Shown piece after piece: positions 29,114 through 41,000 of a stretch of DNA of 64,000 bases (its first letter is position 1; each line of letters starts with the position of its first letter). The translations under genes were made by a program, and so were the position numbers. This stretch comes from Bacteroidota bacterium (lineage in GTDB: Bacteria; Bacteroidota; Bacteroidia; Flavobacteriales_F; PHOS-HE28). Where the stretch lies: assembly GCA_023430325.1 (NCBI GenBank), contig JAEZAU010000233.1, forward strand, positions 11,613-75,612, in the 5' to 3' direction. The notes under the pieces were generated by a model. That model saw nothing but the letters and a program-made list of their open reading frames with translations, made no database searches and was not told where the DNA came from.

Positions 29114-32100
29114 CGCAGCACCTGCACATGCCCGATCTGCTCCTGTTCCATACCGAGCACACCTGAACCATCGCTGAAGCGATAGCTCAATCGCCAGACA
29201 TATGTATCGTCAGGTACGTTCTCGCCCAGATATGTACCATCCCAGCCTGCTGAAAGATCCTCGGTGTAGTACATCAATATGCCCCAGCGATCGAAGATCG
29301 AAAGCTGAGCCTTGGCGATGTTCCTGCCCACCGGCATGAACCGATCGTTCAATCCATCACCGTTCGGGGTGAACGTGTTCGGCGCAAAAATGGTGGAAGG
29401 ACAATACTCCATCACTTCGATCGAAGCAGTGCGGCCGCAGCCGAAAGCATTCGTGATCTCAACGGTGTACTCACCGATCTCGTAGGCCCTTATGATCTGT
29501 GTAACCTCACCGCTGGACCACAGATATGTACTTCCAGTATTCTCAGCATCCAGTTCCACATAACGCGGCTCTTCATCAAGACAGACCTGGATCTTGTCCC
29601 GAGACAATGGTACTGGGCGCGGGTTGAAATGGACGCTGACCATATCGGATACTTCGCAATATCCATTATCCACCACCACGGAATATGTGCCTGCAACGGT
29701 AACAGGAATGGCACTTGTGACGGCCCCGGTGCTCCATTGATAAGTGCATTGTGGTTGCGCCGCGGAAAGAACGATCTGTTGACCTTCACACAAGACCGTA
29801 TCAGCACCAAGCTCCACCACCGGAGGTGATACGAAAAGGACGTCCGCATCCATGGTCCTGCTACAGCCGGTCTCTCCGGTAACGACCACCGAATACCCAC
29901 CGCTCGCATTGACCACGATCGATCGTGATCCAGAGCCCGTGGACCATTGATAGCTCGATCCCTCATTGCCGGCATCCAGCGTTACAACGGTCCCCTGACA
30001 TACAGTGACATCGTTCAGCACATCGATCGGTGCAGGGATCACTGTAATAGAGATCGCATCGAATGCAGAACAATGACCATTGCTTACCGTGACACCATAA
30101 ATGCCTGAAGTACTCACTTGGATCGATGAACTGGTGGCCTGGTTGGTCCACTCATGAACCGCCCCGGGATTCCCGGCATTCAACACGATCGGCGAGCCTT
30201 CGCATATGGATGTGTCATTGCCCAGTGATACGGTTAGCTCCGGCATCAGTTGAACGAACGCATCATACGTAGCACTACAATTCTGCGGCGTGGTGATGGT
30301 AACGCTGTACGGTCCTGATGAAAGAGGTTGAATGGTCTGTGTCTGTGCCCCGTTGTTCCACAAGAAAGTGCTTCCAGCATTTCCGGCATCGAGTGTTGGC
30401 GGATCAGTGATGCACACTGTCACATCCTCCAGCAGATCCTGTGGCACTGCATTGAACGCGACGTTCACCGCATCTGTAGCTGAACAATTGTTCGCGTTTG
30501 TGACCGTGACCTGGTACGTCCCACTGGTGGTCACGGTGATGTTCTGTGTCTGCGCACCCGTATTCCAAATGGATCCGGCGCCATTGTTCCCCGCATCCAA
30601 CACATGCGTCAATGCACCACACAACTGTACATCAGGCCCCAGGTCAACGACAGGCAATGGATGAAGAGTGACATTATAAGCGGTCATCACCTGGCAACCC
30701 TGAATGCTCGTCATGGTCAACGTATGTATGCCGCTAACGACCGGAACTATCGAGGAGGTCATCTCACCGGTGCTCCATGAATATTGAGCGGCCTGAACGG
30801 GAGCTGTCAGCGTAGGCGGCGAATCTGCACAGGACGCCGCATCGATCATCGATGGTACGTTCTCATAGACCTTGGTGACCAGCACCTGGTCGCTCACTGA
30901 GCATCCATTCACATCTGTGACCACCACTGTATACGTTGCTGTTACATCGGCCAGGATGGTCGGTGACGCGATCAACGCGCTGTTCAAGTTGGCAGCCGGC
31001 GTCCATTGATAGGTCGCATTCGGAACGTTGTGCTGAACACTCAACTGATGGCCAAGTGGTGAACACAGCACCAGGTCGGGGCCGGCGCTGGCGCTGTAAC
31101 CAGTAGTGACATCTATCGTGATGCTCTCGCTGAGCGAACATCCTGAAGCCGGATCGGTCACGGTACAGATATAGGTGGTGGTCTGAAAAGGAGTTGCGAT
31201 CGGTGATGGTGAGGCTGAATTGTTCAATGTGGAGCCATTGCTCCATGAATAGATGAGCCCAGTGCCGCCCGATGCACTCGCATTCAACTGTACTTGTTGA
31301 CCCTGGCAGATCTGCTGGTCCGAAGCGGAGATCGACAGATCGAGCAATTGACCTACTGTGATGGTCAGTTGGGCCGAAGCCGAACAACCCGCATCCGTAA
31401 TGGCGTTCACCGTGTACGTGGTGGTGCTGGCAGGGGTGGCCACAGGGTCGGCGACCGATGGATCGTTCAAGGAACCGTCATTGGGCATCCAGGTAAAGGA
31501 CGCAGGAACATTTGGCGATACTACGGCTGATAATTGAACGCCTGCCACGGCGCAGGAGGTGGTATCTGCCGGAACTTGCAGGGTGATGGATGGATCTACC
31601 GTCACATGCACGGAGTCCGTATACACGCAACCAGCTAAAGGATCCGTGGCGCTCAGAACATACCACCCGCTGGAAGCCGGAGTCACCGCTGATCCCGGAG
31701 CGTTCGGTGCAACCACGGAAGGGTTCCATTGGTAGGTGGCATAGAGATCATCGTACCGGGCCAGAATGAAGTCATCCACCGCCCAATTGTCATGGCCTGC
31801 TCCGGAATGTGTCAACTGGCGAAGCCTGAACATGGTGTTATTGTTCTGGGCCGCTGCCGGGATCGCGATATCCAGAAACGTGAAAGCCGGATACATGCTT
31901 TCATTGAACGTCTGGATCACGCTCCATGAAAAACCATTGCTCGTGGAATATTCCAGTACCACGTTCTCACCCGGATCTGCATCATCGCATGGCGATGCCC
32001 CATTAGCTATCTTCAGTTCGAACTGGATCCTGCCACCGTTGGTGGTATTGAAGTTCGATGTCTGTGCCGAACGTTGACCGGCGCCATTGAAGTAAAGGGC

Positions 32101-34089
32101 CGTGCCGCCAGCACTTCCACAAGAGGCGCTGATGGTTCCACCCTGAAGTGTCCAGAAAGAGGCTTGCTGCGCATTGAAGCGATCTGAGGCGATAACCCGC
32201 AAGGTCTGGCTGCCGAGCTCAGTAGAGGATCCGGAACAGATCTGCGCAGGTGATGCCGTGGTGGAAAGATCGAGGATGGAACCAGGGACCACCTGTACCA
32301 GAACACTATCGATCATGCTTCCGCAACCACTCGGGCTCGTGACCTGCACCTTGTACCAGGTCGTGGTCTGTGGTGATGCGATCGGCGATGCGCTCAATGG
32401 ATCCGAAAGTCCTTCCGGAGGCCACCATTGAACATTGAACCATGCCGGATCGGGTTGCGGCACCAGTCCCAGCTGAACATCTTCATACTGGCAGATCGAT
32501 GCCGATGCGGTACCATCCGCCACTGGCAATGGCATCTCTGACAATGGCACACCAACATGGTATGTGAACACGTACGGGCAGCCTGTGGTGGGCTGCGTTC
32601 CTGTCACCGTGTAACTATCGCTTGAAGCGGGTGTGAAGGAATAGTCCATTGATGTGGCCAGGACCACTGATGGTTGCGACGATGCCGTCCATTGGATATC
32701 GGTCAATGCCACGGGAGAGACCAATGTCACCGGTCCTATGGCGCAAATGGTCGAATCCATCGGGATCGCAACGGCATGGATGTCGTTCACCGATGCCGCG
32801 TAGCTTTCACCTGCGCCGATGCCGAACATGTACAATTGGAAACCACCGGGACCGATCACTTCATGATCTCCGTTACTGATGGTGACCTTGGCATGCATCC
32901 TATCGACACATGAAGCATACCCCTGGAATGTTGCAGCAGGGATCGTCACGCCATCGAGCAAGATCTGACCAACAGAAGCCGGTGGGCAGATGATGCTGAT
33001 GGAATGCTGGCTCAGTTGTGGTGAGGACAATGTCTTGAATGAAGCCCGCTGCGTAAGCCGATCGTGCGGAGAGAGGATCACCATGGATGGATCACCACTT
33101 CCAGCACATACAACTCCTTCAAGCAATTGGGCCACGCTCACTGGCTTGTTCGCCTGGATGCAGACCGGCGATGTAGCCCCGTTCACTTCATGTTTCTGGC
33201 CTGCGTTAAGCACGATCGGAGCTCCATTGCCGATGGTGACACTCGTGCTGTTCTCATTGGCCAGTATCCGGAAGGTGTACGAATTCACACCATTGATCGG
33301 TGCGGTGAAATAGCGCATCCCCCATGCAGGCAGAGGAAGCAATTGTTCAAAAATGTGATCGCACGCGCTGCACGAGCCTGGTAATGTGGCACACATCGAT
33401 CCACCGAAGACCGCGAATGGTCTGCAAGGTCCACTGTTCTCTGTGGCCTCCACCAAAGTTCCCGTAAGATCCAGCGCATCGCTAGCGGCCTGCACCTGAT
33501 AGGTCTGGCCGGCATTCAGGTCTATGATGAAGGGAATATTTGCCGGCTGCCCACTTGCCGTGGCCACCTTGGGTGTGATCTTCACCTGTGTGCCATCCTG
33601 TGTGGCAACTATAAGGAATTCGCTCTTATGAAGATTGTTGAAGTTGGGGATCCCGTGATAGGCATCCACGCGATAGGTGTCGCCGATGGACGTCTCGGGT
33701 AACACCTGTGAAAGATCATGGGTGAAATTCTGGAAACTGCTGATGAAGACGTTGATACTGTCGTTGCTTTGGATGAGGACACCTTTGTTCGCAATGGTCC
33801 CAGACCCGGTATTTTCTGCGATGGCCGGAACCACGATCATTGTACTGCTGTTGGCGCCAACGCTGAAAGCCTGGCTCCATCCGTTCAATGGAATGCTTAC
33901 CGTGCCGCTCGTAGCCGTGGTGCTTACGATATGTACACGCAACGCCTGGGCCCCGAAACCATTCTGCATGAAACCCGCCCAGAATGTCTTTCCGCGAGTG
34001 GATAGAGCGCTCTGAGCCTGCACCGTTAGCACAAGAAATGCTGGAATGATCGATAAAAGGACCTTGGCACCGATCGAGCGGAACATCAA
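29110..34089 (-). CDS. Giant (1659-aa) T9SS type-B cargo protein: signal peptide, IgGFc-binding-like N-terminal domain, probable discoidin-like segment, many ~80-aa Ig-like/PKD-like repeats, gliding-motility-type C-terminal domain (CHU_C)
   Basis: Signal MMFRSIGAKVLLSIIPAFLVLTVQAQS; repeated …NC/SCSATD…V.V… modules; C-terminus YCPSTIFAPNTFTPNGDGLNDRFMP…DRWGILMY… is the classic type-B sorting domain. Confidence 0.8.
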   Translation of the reverse strand: MMFRSIGAKVLLSIIPAFLVLTVQAQSALSTRGKTFWAGFMQNGFGAQALRVHIVSTTATSGTVSIPLNGWSQAFSVGANSSTMIVVPAIAENTGSGTIANKGVLIQSNDSINVFISSFQNFTHDLSQVLPETSIGDTYRVDAYHGIPNFNNLHKSEFLIVATQDGTQVKITPKVATASGQPANIPFIIDLNAGQTYQVQAASDALDLTGTLVEATENSGPCRPFAVFGGSMCATLPGSCSACDHIFEQLLPLPAWGMRYFTAPINGVNSYTFRILANENSTSVTIGNGAPIVLNAGQKHEVNGATSPVCIQANKPVSVAQLLEGVVCAGSGDPSMVILSPHDRLTQRASFKTLSSPQLSQHSISIICPPASVGQILLDGVTIPAATFQGYASCVDRMHAKVTISNGDHEVIGPGGFQLYMFGIGAGESYAASVNDIHAVAIPMDSTICAIGPVTLVSPVALTDIQWTASSQPSVVLATSMDYSFTPASSDSYTVTGTQPTTGCPYVFTYHVGVPLSEMPLPVADGTASASICQYEDVQLGLVPQPDPAWFNVQWWPPEGLSDPLSASPIASPQTTTWYKVQVTSPSGCGSMIDSVLVQVVPGSILDLSTTASPAQICSGSSTELGSQTLRVIASDRFNAQQASFWTLQGGTISASCGSAGGTALYFNGAGQRSAQTSNFNTTNGGRIQFELKIANGASPCDDADPGENVVLEYSTSNGFSWSVIQTFNESMYPAFTFLDIAIPAAAQNNNTMFRLRQLTHSGAGHDNWAVDDFILARYDDLYATYQWNPSVVAPNAPGSAVTPASSGWYVLSATDPLAGCVYTDSVHVTVDPSITLQVPADTTSCAVAGVQLSAVVSPNVPASFTWMPNDGSLNDPSVADPVATPASTTTYTVNAITDAGCSASAQLTITVGQLLDLSISASDQQICQGQQVQLNASASGGTGLIYSWSNGSTLNNSASPSPIATPFQTTTYICTVTDPASGCSLSESITIDVTTGYSASAGPDLVLCSPLGHQLSVQHNVPNATYQWTPAANLNSALIASPTILADVTATYTVVVTDVNGCSVSDQVLVTKVYENVPSMIDAASCADSPPTLTAPVQAAQYSWSTGEMTSSIVPVVSGIHTLTMTSIQGCQVMTAYNVTLHPLPVVDLGPDVQLCGALTHVLDAGNNGAGSIWNTGAQTQNITVTTSGTYQVTVTNANNCSATDAVNVAFNAVPQDLLEDVTVCITDPPTLDAGNAGSTFLWNNGAQTQTIQPLSSGPYSVTITTPQNCSATYDAFVQLMPELTVSLGNDTSICEGSPIVLNAGNPGAVHEWTNQATSSSIQVSTSGIYGVTVSNGHCSAFDAISITVIPAPIDVLNDVTVCQGTVVTLDAGNEGSSYQWSTGSGSRSIVVNASGGYSVVVTGETGCSRTMDADVLFVSPPVVELGADTVLCEGQQIVLSAAQPQCTYQWSTGAVTSAIPVTVAGTYSVVVDNGYCEVSDMVSVHFNPRPVPLSRDKIQVCLDEEPRYVELDAENTGSTYLWSSGEVTQIIRAYEIGEYTVEITNAFGCGRTASIEVMEYCPSTIFAPNTFTPNGDGLNDRFMPVGRNIAKAQLSIFDRWGILMYYTEDLSAGWDGTYLGENVPDDTYVWRLSYRFSDGSGVLGMEQEQIGHVQVLR

Positions 34090-34142
34090 CGCATGGCCGC
34101 ATCCTTTTTGTTGGCGGCCACCGTTCTACGCGATCGGCGCCA

Positions 34143-35780
34143 TCAGGGTTCCCCGGATTCTCCGCGGTCCGGCAAAGAGCGCTGGCCGATCACCCAATCC
34201 ACACCGATATCCCATGCTGCGCGAATATTGATCGGCTCGGTGTAGGTCCGGACCTTTTCCGGCTGAATGCGCTGTTCAAGTGAACCGGTACTCCATTTGC
34301 CATCGCCATTCCGATCCTCGATCAAACGCAACCGTACCTCTCCCGGCATCAGTCTTTCCCATATCACAGGCCCGGACAACGTTGCCATCATCTCTTCCTG
34401 TAGAACATTCCCCTGCCTGTCCAGCAATTGAATGATGTAAGGTCCATTGGAGCTATCGAACATGCTCACATTCACCCGAAGTATGCCTGTACTCTGTTCC
34501 GCCGCCCGGCCTAAAGCGATCTTCAATGTATCATTCTGTCCTCCGTAAATATCCACCACTGCACCAGGTAGCGCGAGAAGCTGTACCTTCTGTCCCGGAC
34601 CGATCGGAGCATGTATCTTGAAGTCTCGAATACCGTGCTTTTCCACTGCGAGATCGACCCTCAGACTATCGCCTGTCAACTGGATCAACGAGCTATCGAT
34701 GGATGCGATCGGTCGTGACGTGGTGACATGAATGACGGGCGTACGTTCTTCACGAATGGCGACCTTCATCGAAAGAAGGAAAGGTAATCTCTCCAGGCGG
34801 CGATACCGTAAAGTATCCAACGGTTCTCCATCTGCGCTTACCTGATATCTTCCGAGGGCGATCGCAGTTGTATCGCTGGGCCACAACGACACCGTATCGC
34901 GGGCCGAACTGAATTCTGGCAGCCAATACGAACGGCCCCCTTCACGGTCCAGGTCTCTGATGGCGATCGTATCCACCGGTTTCTCCAGCACGACCCGGAA
35001 TGCGCCATCGGCAGTAACGGTCGAAGACCTTATCTGTTGGGTGCGGCTGCGCTCCTTGAATAGCCGCAGATCATGGATCGGCATGGATGTATCCGCAGGC
35101 AAAGCGCGCACGGGTGTATCCAGGAATGCGATCTCTTCATTGGGCAGATCGTAACGGTAGTTCGAATTCTGGTCCCGCAGCGCGAAGATCCGGAAACTTC
35201 GTTCGGGCAGATGCTTCAACATGAACCGGCCGTTCACATCAGTGCGGGTGGCATACGCCGGCCGCGATGAACGAAAGCTCGACGTATCATCCGCGTAATG
35301 GACAAGCACCGTTACATCCTTTTCCGGAATTCCATTGAAAGCATTGGTGACCGAGCCGGCGATCATCGCTGTATCCACGAAAGCGCCGGTGGAGAAGACA
35401 TGCATCACCCCGGCTGCCGAATTGCCTTCGGTAAGGTCCTTTACTGCTTCGCCAATGCCAATCACATAAGTAGTGTTGGGCTTCAGCTCTTCCTTGAGTG
35501 CGATCGATACGCTTTTCGGTCCGGTGAGCCGTACCTGAGGTGCCACCGAAAGCGGTGGAGAGATCAGCAGCCGGTCCCGTACCCTGTCCAACTGGATCCT
35601 TTCATTGAAGAACAGTTCGATCTCATTGCCGGTGAAGTTCGTGCTCAAATGTGGCGGATCGGCGGATACGAGTTCGGGTGCGATCTCATCCTTTGGTCCA
35701 CCGGAGATCTCTGCCACCTGGGCACATGCGGCCAACAGCAGCATCATCAACATCACAGGCCAGAGCCGTTGACGCGGCAT
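34143..35780 (-). CDS. Ig-like (SbsA/Big_5-type) domain lipoprotein, hypothetical
   Basis: Lipobox (LLLAACAQ); DEIAPELVSADPP… opening typical of Big_5 domains. Confidence 0.5.
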   Translation of the reverse strand: MPRQRLWPVMLMMLLLAACAQVAEISGGPKDEIAPELVSADPPHLSTNFTGNEIELFFNERIQLDRVRDRLLISPPLSVAPQVRLTGPKSVSIALKEELKPNTTYVIGIGEAVKDLTEGNSAAGVMHVFSTGAFVDTAMIAGSVTNAFNGIPEKDVTVLVHYADDTSSFRSSRPAYATRTDVNGRFMLKHLPERSFRIFALRDQNSNYRYDLPNEEIAFLDTPVRALPADTSMPIHDLRLFKERSRTQQIRSSTVTADGAFRVVLEKPVDTIAIRDLDREGGRSYWLPEFSSARDTVSLWPSDTTAIALGRYQVSADGEPLDTLRYRRLERLPFLLSMKVAIREERTPVIHVTTSRPIASIDSSLIQLTGDSLRVDLAVEKHGIRDFKIHAPIGPGQKVQLLALPGAVVDIYGGQNDTLKIALGRAAEQSTGILRVNVSMFDSSNGPYIIQLLDRQGNVLQEEMMATLSGPVIWERLMPGEVRLRLIEDRNGDGKWSTGSLEQRIQPEKVRTYTEPINIRAAWDIGVDWVIGQRSLPDRGESGEP

Positions 35781-36265
35781 CAGACCAATGGTTGGATCAA
35801 TGTGCAGACCTGTTCCAGGAAACCGGCATCATCTTCATCGAGATCTCCCAGCTTTGAACTATCCACATCCAACACGGCCTTCACATTCCCCAGCCGATCC
35901 CGCACCGGCACCACCACTTCCGAACGGCTCAAGGAGCTGCACGCGATATGACCGGGGAATTGGTCCACATCCGCAACGATAACGGTACGATCCTCTTTCC
36001 AAGCGGTGCCGCACACGCCTTTGCCGAACCCGATCCGCGCGCAGGCCACGGGACCTTGAAAGGGGCCAAGGACCAATTCATTCCCGAGCACCCGGTAGAA
36101 TCCGATCCAATGCCACCTGAAAGCCTCTTTCAAGGCGGCCGATATGTTGGCCATTGCCGCGATGACATCCCGTTCCGGGCCGATGAGCTCTTTGAGTTGA
36201 GGCAAAAGTGCCGCACGCAACTCCCTCCGATCGGTGGTGGAGGGTATGACCAGTTCTTCAGCCAT
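35780..36265 (-). CDS. GAF-domain free methionine-(R)-sulfoxide reductase-like protein
   Basis: About 160-aa single GAF domain with a GKGVCG…W motif as in fRMsr/YebR. Confidence 0.65.
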   Translation of the reverse strand: MAEELVIPSTTDRRELRAALLPQLKELIGPERDVIAAMANISAALKEAFRWHWIGFYRVLGNELVLGPFQGPVACARIGFGKGVCGTAWKEDRTVIVADVDQFPGHIACSSLSRSEVVVPVRDRLGNVKAVLDVDSSKLGDLDEDDAGFLEQVCTLIQPLV

Positions 36266-36281
36266 GGCGCAAAGGTACCGG

Positions 36282-36986
36282 CTAGGCGATAGCGCAGGTG
36301 TAAAGGCTCACCTTCACGCCCGGCACCTGCTGCAACATGCGCACACAACTTTCCACCGTGGCGCCGGTGGTGATCACATCATCGATCAACAGGATATGTC
36401 TGCCTTCCAGGCTATGCGGCTTATGCAGATGAAAGGCCTTCTCCACGTTCTCCCAGCGTGCCAGGCGGCCCTTCCGCGTCTGTGAAGGTGTCTGCTGGAT
36501 CCGCTTGAGGTTGCGGCAGACCTTTTTCTTCAGAATGCAGTTCATGCCCTCGGCCAGCACGGCGCTCTGGTTATATCCGCGGATCCGTTCCCTCTTCGGA
36601 TGGAGCGGAACGGGCATGAGCAGGTCGATATCCTTGAACCGGCTACTTTCAGCCAGATCACGGGCCATCAACTTTCCCAGTTCGATCCCAAGATCCATAT
36701 CGCCCTTGTACTTCAACCGGTGAAGGATGCGCTGTACCACACCAGCGCGGTTGAACAGGAACAGTGAAGTAGCTGCCGCGAGCTCCACCTTGCCTTGGAA
36801 GAGTTGCTCCACCTTGTTCTGGGGATCATCATGCGCACGGGCAAAGGGAAGGTCCCGTTCACAATAGGTACAGATGAAACCCTCGTGACGCAATAACGCC
36901 CGATCACATGATGCACAACGCCGCGGAAAGAACAGGTTCCCCATGTCTGAGAGCCAGTCGATGAGCGGAGCGTTCAATGCAGACAA
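36282..36986 (-). CDS. comF: ComF-family phosphoribosyltransferase-domain protein
   Basis: N-terminal Cys4 zinc finger (CASC…CTYC) and C-terminal PRTase motif LLIDDVITTGAT. Confidence 0.85.
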   Translation of the reverse strand: MSALNAPLIDWLSDMGNLFFPRRCASCDRALLRHEGFICTYCERDLPFARAHDDPQNKVEQLFQGKVELAAATSLFLFNRAGVVQRILHRLKYKGDMDLGIELGKLMARDLAESSRFKDIDLLMPVPLHPKRERIRGYNQSAVLAEGMNCILKKKVCRNLKRIQQTPSQTRKGRLARWENVEKAFHLHKPHSLEGRHILLIDDVITTGATVESCVRMLQQVPGVKVSLYTCAIA

Positions 36987-37087
36987 TGTCCAATACTTTG
37001 TTGATAAGCCTATGCGTTACGGGATAAGCCCCTACCAGGCCGGTCTAATTTAGCACCCGCCAAGGCCTTCAAGAGGCATACCGAACC

Positions 37088-38008
37088 ATGGAGAATACAA
37101 CGAACCAGGGGAACACCGCGGCAAAAAAGAACCGTTCCAATACCGGATTGCTCTTGCTGGTGGTGCTTTTATTGATCAGCAACGTGGTCATGCTTTGGAT
37201 GCTGATGCAACGCAATCGCGAAGTTGAACAGACCCAGCAACAGGTGGCCACCATCACCAGTGAGAAGGATAATGTGACCGAATTGCTGGAGAACATGCTG
37301 GCCTCTTATGACACGCTGAAGACAGAGAACGAGCAGATCACGACGGAAATGGATGCGCAGAAAGCGCAGATCGAACAGCTGCTCGATCAAGTGAAGCGCG
37401 GCAATTACGATCTCTCCAAGGCCAAGAAAGAGGCTGAGACCTTACGCCGGATCATGAAGGGCTACGTGGCCACCATCGATTCGTTGAACCAGGCCAACCA
37501 GCTTCTCACTGCCGAGAATGTGACCATAAGACAGGAATTGGGTGAAGTGAAGGGGCAGCGTGAAGCATTGCAGACGAAGGCCACCGAAATGGAAGGCAAA
37601 CTGAACCGGGGAAGCATCCTTCATACCACATCCATCTCGGCCGGTGCTGCGTTCATGCGCAACAACGGAAAACAAGTGGATACCGATCGGGCGAAGAGGG
37701 CGGAAATGATCAAATGCTGCTTTACGCTCGGGGAGAATCGGGTGACCAACGCTGGTGACAAGACTTTATACATGCGCGTGATCGCTCCTGATGGGAAAGT
37801 ACTCCCGGCCACCGAGCCTGACAATCGCTTTACGTTCAATGGTATCCAGGGTGAATACAGCGCCAGGCGCGATGTGAACTACCAGAACCAGCCTGTGGAT
37901 GTCTGCATCTTCTGGAATGGTTCGCAGGCACTGCCAGCGGGCGATTATGTGGTGGAATTGTATGAGAGCGGTGGCCAGGTGGCCAAGACACAGTTCAAGT
38001 TGAAGTAG
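37088..38008 (+). CDS. Membrane-anchored coiled-coil protein with C-terminal beta-rich domain (hypothetical)
   Basis: One N-terminal TM helix (LLLLVVLLLISNVVMLWMLM), about 130-aa heptad-like coiled coil, C-terminal ~120-aa domain of unknown function. Confidence 0.5.
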   Translation: MENTTNQGNTAAKKNRSNTGLLLLVVLLLISNVVMLWMLMQRNREVEQTQQQVATITSEKDNVTELLENMLASYDTLKTENEQITTEMDAQKAQIEQLLDQVKRGNYDLSKAKKEAETLRRIMKGYVATIDSLNQANQLLTAENVTIRQELGEVKGQREALQTKATEMEGKLNRGSILHTTSISAGAAFMRNNGKQVDTDRAKRAEMIKCCFTLGENRVTNAGDKTLYMRVIAPDGKVLPATEPDNRFTFNGIQGEYSARRDVNYQNQPVDVCIFWNGSQALPAGDYVVELYESGGQVAKTQFKLK

Positions 38009-38010
38009 GG

Positions 38011-41000
38011 TCAGAAGAAGGCGCGCACCTGGGCACCACCAACATGCACCACGGGCAGACCTTCCGATCGCCTCCCGTTATAGGTAAGATCCACCTGCAG
38101 ATTATTGCTGAGATTGCGCTGCACTGTCACATTCCATGTGAGGTTCGTTCCCGGCCGCAGGCCGCTGAGCAATTCATTCCCGAGTGAACTGTTCACCTCG
38201 CCGGCAAAATCGATATCGACCAGATTGGCCGTGACCAGGAAGCTGCCCTTGCCTGCCGTGTTGTAGCGAAACTCGAGACCCAGGTCCTGTATCGTGGCCT
38301 TCTCACCACCGAATTCCTGAAGGTTCTTCTTCTCGGTGTATTTGAATGACGCGATCGCGCGTAAAGATGTGTTCGGCTGCCAGGTGATCCGGGGCCTCGT
38401 TCCTTGTTGATCGATCACATAGGTGCGTCCCGAAAGAATGTCCGATGCACTTCTTATCCTTCCCTGTTCGCTTTCAATGTCCGCGGTCCATTGTCGTGTG
38501 GTGTTCCATCGAATACGCACGGTATTGAAATTCCTTTCACGTGATTCGAAGCCGCTTGTGAGCAGGGTGCGGCTCTCATCGCTCTGCCAGGTATGATCGA
38601 TGCTCCAACTGCGGCTCGTGCGGTCGTAGTAAAAGGTGTTGCGCGCAGAGGAATTATAGGCGCTGAGCGTGGTGTCACTTCCGCGCGCACTGAATGGATC
38701 GAGGGCCTGCAGGAGGTCCTGCACGCCGGTCTTGCGATCCACCCTTACCGATGCCATGTTGGACAATTTACCGATGAAGCCTTTCAAGCCGTCACGCTCT
38801 GCCCACACCGCACCAGGCCTAAGGTCCAATGCACCGCTCACCTGGTTGCTGAAGGTGCGAACGTAAGTATCGCTCGGCACGAAACTGCGGATGTAGTTCG
38901 CCTCATAACCGAAGGGCGCTATCTCGAACTCGTTCAATTCCTTTACGCCATTTCCGTTGTAGTCGTTCCAGATGTACAGACCCTGCCCGGCGGGAACTTC
39001 GAGATAGATGTACTCGCGACGCTGTTCCAGGCCGGATCCGAATTCATAGAAGATATCGAAGACCGCCACACCTTTCAATGTCTGAAGATCATGATCCAAC
39101 CGCGCGAGATACGTATCCTCCGGCCTTTGCGCCGTGAGGTTGCTGTCAACGATGTTCAGCTGCCGGTATGTGAACGTGGTGTTGATGCGATTGCGTGGGT
39201 TGCGCGCCAGGTCCAGGCCTGCGGAATAGGCATTCGCTATCGTGCCTACGGCCAGGCCACCGTCAACAAGTGCCTGATCTGTACGTTGACCGCCTGAAAG
39301 CCGCCATTTGTTCTTGAACGTATCGGGGCTTTGCACGAAGAGCTCCCAATCATAGAACTGGTAACTTGGAGCGATCAAACTTCCGCTGGTGTCCGCGGTG
39401 AAAAGGTTCTGTTCATGTTCATCGCGATAACCGATCGTGAACCTCTTCGATCGATGCCTTACCTGCGCCTTGTGCCGGAGAAAGCTACTGTTGGAAACTG
39501 CATCGGCCTTCAACCAACTACCTGTTCCGATAATGTCGAAACTGCCGAAGTGCAGATCGGAGAGCAACTCCTGCCTGTAGCCTTCATAAAGCTCCGAAAC
39601 CTGGAAGGTCTGTGACGATAGTTCGAAAGCACCAAGCTTGCGCCCCTTGACGCCGGTACGAATCCCTGCGAGAACCTGATCATCGTTGACGGGTGTGGTC
39701 AGTACATTCCAATTGCGCTCGAATTCCACCGCCCTGTACCGTTCCACGAACCGGAAGTTCTTTGATACCGTTTCCAGATCGCCACCCATGGTCCAATGCA
39801 GTGAAGTATCCGAGTCACTGATCGGGATGGCGTGGTCGAGACGAAGCATGGTGCCCAGGCCTTGATCATCATTGGAATCTCGGCTGCTGAACGTGTTCCG
39901 ATCGAAGCGGCTCATGGCGATCTCTGCAGTTCCGTTCGTTCTGTGGCTGAAACGATGATCAAGACCCAGTGTGATCAACTGCTGGCTGCGTGGCGGTATC
40001 AACACACGAACAGGTGCGTGATCGCCTCGGCGAACGATCTGGCCTGCCAGCGTATCAGGTGCGATCCATTTGAACACCCGCCCGTTCGGGGTGAATTCCT
40101 GCTGCACATAATCACCCGACCCGAAACCCACTTGCGAGAATGAAACACGGTAATGTGCTTCTTCGGGATCGATGCTGAAGACATAGACAGGTGAATATCC
40201 GAGGGAATCGATCCTGCGATAAAGCACCTGATCGGTACCCCAACCCACACTATCGGCGCCATTGACCAGCGCACCGAGTGGATCATCCCCCGCCTCGCTC
40301 AGGGCCAGTTCATCATCATCCTCCAACTCCTGCTGAAGAGGCTGGCCCTTATGGTCCTGTTCACTGAAAACGTTGAGGCGTAATGTGCTTTTGCCCAGTT
40401 CGGTGATGTTATCCACCCGCACCAGCGAGCGCGCATAGTTCTTGTCGGAGTACTGGAATTCGATGATGATCCGCCTGTCTTTCGTGATCAGACGGCGCGC
40501 TGTGAAGGTGAGCTCGGCGGTGTTGTAATCGATCACATAATCATTCTCCTGCCCACGTGTCATCAACTGTCCATCGATGTATACTCTTTCCGTGCCTGAG
40601 AGTACCACGATGAATGTCTCGCCGTCATTTCCGCGCAGGCGGTAAGGCCCCTGCACCCCTTCGATCCCCTGTACGAGCTGGCGCGCGAACTTTCCCTTGC
40701 TCACTGCCACGCTGGCGCCTGCTGAACTGGGTCTCTCACCAGCTATAGGCAGGCGCGTGTTGTAGCTAAGGCCTTTGGTCTTCTTGAGGTAGGTAAGGAA
40801 ATGGCTCCTGGGCCTTAGAAGCACGAAATCACCTGCGATCACCTCCCACAACGCGCCCTGTCTTACCGGATCATCCTCGTAGAGCTTGATGAACACCTGA
40901 TCGAAATCCTGTAATTCCAACGTATTGCCACCAGCCTGGATGGGGATGTTGTTGTCGGTGACCGATGCAAGCACTTTTATCCGTTCCGTCAGATCTCCGC

